Below are positions 61,799 to 64,000 of a stretch of DNA of 64,000 nucleotides, piece after piece. Under the pieces are notes generated by a model that was not told the DNA's origin, searched no databases, and was given only the letters and a program-made list of their open reading frames with translations. A program made the position numbers and the translations under genes. Source of the DNA: Spirochaetia bacterium. GTDB lineage: Bacteria > Spirochaetota > Spirochaetia > DSM-2461. Positions within the stretch are counted from its first letter, which is position 1. The number at the start of each line of letters is the position of its first letter. The DNA lies in the NCBI GenBank assembly GCA_963668315.1, contig OY764216.1:96001-160000 (forward strand), written 5' to 3'.

Positions 61799-62776
61799 AT
61801 GGAAAAGAAAAAGCCCTTCGGCTGGGCCTTTATCGGTGCGGGGAATATCGCCCATACCGTGGCGGGAGAGATAGGCAGGACGGAAAATCATAAAATTAAT
61901 TCGGTATATAACAGGACTTACGAAAAAGCCCGGAATTTTACGACCCGATTCGGCGGAACGCCCTGCCGGACCATTGAGGAGTGCGTAAACGCCGAAGGAG
62001 TGGAAGGGGTCTATATCAACACCGTTCCTTCCTCCCACTTTCAGCTGGCCGGGGAGGTGCTTAGCCTCGGGAAGCCGGTACTCCTGGAAAAACCCTTTAC
62101 CCTGAACAGAAAACAGGGGGAAGAACTTTTTGCCCTTGCCGAAGAGAAAGGCGTCTATCTGGCGGAAGCCATGTGGACGTGGTTCTCCCCGGTAGCGAGC
62201 AGGGTCAGGGAATGGGTGCAGACAGGAGAAGTCGGAGAGGTCAGAAAGGTCAAGCTCCATTTCGCCATAGCCAACGGCCTGACGAACCCCAGGCTGATGA
62301 ATCCTCGGACCGGAGGCGGGGCCCTGCTCGACCTGGGTATCTATCCCCTGGCCTACTGCCATCATATATGGGGAATGCCCGGACGGATCCAGTGTGAAGG
62401 CAGGCTGAAAAAGGGAGTCGATCTGTGGGACCGGATACACCTCTCCTATCCGGACGGTCCGGAGGCGGAGATATTTACGTCTATAATCCGGTTCAAATAT
62501 CCTAAGAACCTCCTCATTGAGGGGTCGAAGGGGCGCATCGAAAGTTTCTGGTTTCATAAAACGGGAAAGGTGAAACTGATAAGGTCCCGCCAGGGAAGCG
62601 AGATCTTCCGGGCCGACGGGAGTTATGCGAACCAGTTTGATCTCGTTTCCGATGAGATTCGCCGGGGGCTGCTCCGGAGTGAGTATGTGCCGCCCCGATC
62701 GACTCTCGGGACTTTGGAAATGGCCGATATCTGCCGGAACCAAATCGGTTTGAAATACCCTTCAGAAAGGGAATAA
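61799..62776 (+). CDS. Gfo/Idh/MocA family oxidoreductase
   Basis: IGAGNIA, EKP, AEAMWTWF, GGALLDLGIY. Confidence 0.92.
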   Translation: MEKKKPFGWAFIGAGNIAHTVAGEIGRTENHKINSVYNRTYEKARNFTTRFGGTPCRTIEECVNAEGVEGVYINTVPSSHFQLAGEVLSLGKPVLLEKPFTLNRKQGEELFALAEEKGVYLAEAMWTWFSPVASRVREWVQTGEVGEVRKVKLHFAIANGLTNPRLMNPRTGGGALLDLGIYPLAYCHHIWGMPGRIQCEGRLKKGVDLWDRIHLSYPDGPEAEIFTSIIRFKYPKNLLIEGSKGRIESFWFHKTGKVKLIRSRQGSEIFRADGSYANQFDLVSDEIRRGLLRSEYVPPRSTLGTLEMADICRNQIGLKYPSERE

Positions 62777-62872
62777 ATCCCCTGGAACGCCTCCTGCCGA
62801 GGGGATATTTTCTCTTTTTTTTCAACACCATCCGGTCTATAATGAAAATAGATAACCGATAGGGGGTAGAAT

Positions 62873-63856
62873 ATGGCAGACGACTTCAAATGGGGAATCA
62901 TAGGACCGGGGCATATCGCCGCCAGTTTTGCAGAAGGGCTGAAAGACGCGGAAGGCTGTTCTCTCTACGCGGCCGCATCCCGAACTCCGGGCCGGGCGGA
63001 AGCTTTCGTAAGGAAATGGGGCGGGGAAAAATCTTACACCTCCTATGAAGAGATGCTTGAGGATCCGAAAGTGGATGCCGTTTATATTTCCACCCCCAAT
63101 TCTCTTCATCTGGCGAACGCCAAAGCGGCGCTGAAGGCGGGAAAACCGGTTCTTTGTGAAAAACCCCTCACCCTCAATGAGTCCCAGAGCAGGGAATTGA
63201 TTGAAACGGCCCGGCAGGAGAAGGTATTTCTCATGGAAGCCATGTGGACCCGTTTCTTTCCCCTGATGGAGAAAGTAAGAGCCCTGACCGCCGAAGGAGC
63301 TATCGGCGACATCCGGATGGTTCAAGCCGATTTCGGCTTCCGCCGACCCGAAGCCGCCCCTGACGGCCGGGTTTTCAACCTGAATCTGGGGGGAGGCAGT
63401 CTCCTGGATGTGGGCGTCTATCCCGTGGCGTTTTTCCAGATGCTTCTGGGAACCCCTGAGAAGATACAGGGACTGGCCCATGTGGGAGAGACCGGCGTTG
63501 ATGAGGAGGCGGCCTTTGTCATGTCCCATTCAGGCGGCCGCCTGGCAATGGGATCATCGGCGATCATGGCAAGGACACCCCACGAGGCCTGGATACTGGG
63601 AACGGAAGGGCGCATACATATACCGAACGGCTGGTGGCGCCCCGCGTCCATCTCCCTCTGGAAGGGAGAAAAAGAGCAGGTCATGGACGAACCTTTCAAA
63701 GGCAACGGATACAACTTCGAAGCGGTCGCCGTCATGAACGATGTACGGGAAGGCAGACGGGAAAATATCCTCATGCCCCACAGGGACAGTTTAACCATAT
63801 CCCGGACGATGGACAGACTCAGACAGCTTTGGGGCGTCACCTACCCCGAGGACTGA
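62873..63856 (+). CDS. Gfo/Idh/MocA family oxidoreductase
   Basis: IGPGHIA, CEKP, MEAMWTRF, GGSLLDVGVY. Confidence 0.93.
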   Translation: MADDFKWGIIGPGHIAASFAEGLKDAEGCSLYAAASRTPGRAEAFVRKWGGEKSYTSYEEMLEDPKVDAVYISTPNSLHLANAKAALKAGKPVLCEKPLTLNESQSRELIETARQEKVFLMEAMWTRFFPLMEKVRALTAEGAIGDIRMVQADFGFRRPEAAPDGRVFNLNLGGGSLLDVGVYPVAFFQMLLGTPEKIQGLAHVGETGVDEEAAFVMSHSGGRLAMGSSAIMARTPHEAWILGTEGRIHIPNGWWRPASISLWKGEKEQVMDEPFKGNGYNFEAVAVMNDVREGRRENILMPHRDSLTISRTMDRLRQLWGVTYPED

Positions 63857-63870
63857 TCAGAAGAGAATCC

Positions 63871-64000
63871 CTACCAGGTAACGGTGCATTCCCCGCCGAT
63901 CAGCTGCAGACTCTGGGGAGTGTACTGATGGAATTCGATATCTATCCCGGAGGGGTCCTTGCACCAGACCTGCCAGGTATTGTCGCACCCCATGGTTTTC
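63871..64000 (-). CDS. VOC/glyoxalase family protein, C-terminal part (start outside window)
   Basis: Manual translation KTMGCDNTWQVWCKDPSGIDIEFHQYTPQSLQLIGGECTVTW*; DP.G..IE motif. Confidence 0.75.
   Translation of the reverse strand, partial: KTMGCDNTWQVWCKDPSGIDIEFHQYTPQSLQLIGGECTVTW

Overview
Bacterial chromosome window, roughly 50% GC by eye, most likely from a free-living anaerobic spirochaete (Spirochaetaceae-like). This is inferred from the spirochaete-style SSB, the lipoproteins and the signalling repertoire. Core content: DUF368, slyD, two MCPs, MFS/NhaC/AzlCD transporters, ssb, a GH38 alpha-mannosidase/ABC-transporter operon with its GntR-LacI regulator, eno, ackA, a sensor-kinase/diguanylate-cyclase cluster, and a sigma54-driven nifH-nifI1-nifI2-nifD-nifK operon that ends without nifENB. 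An AT-richer accessory stretch (~14.8-25.1 kb) holds a MarR mini-regulon, an IS256 element that truncates a lipoprotein gene, a divergent orphan lipoprotein, and a NarL-type two-component system whose kinase sits head-to-head with a solitary ECF S-component-like gene. A second mobile element (~42.5-43.7 kb) encodes an IS1-like single-ORF transposase with an apparent D-D-N catalytic triad. A 57-aa 2[4Fe-4S] ferredoxin missing from the ORF track is present, and about ten genes look leaderless. No rRNA, tRNA, CRISPR array or reverse transcriptase was seen. All family calls come from motif recognition, not database searches.
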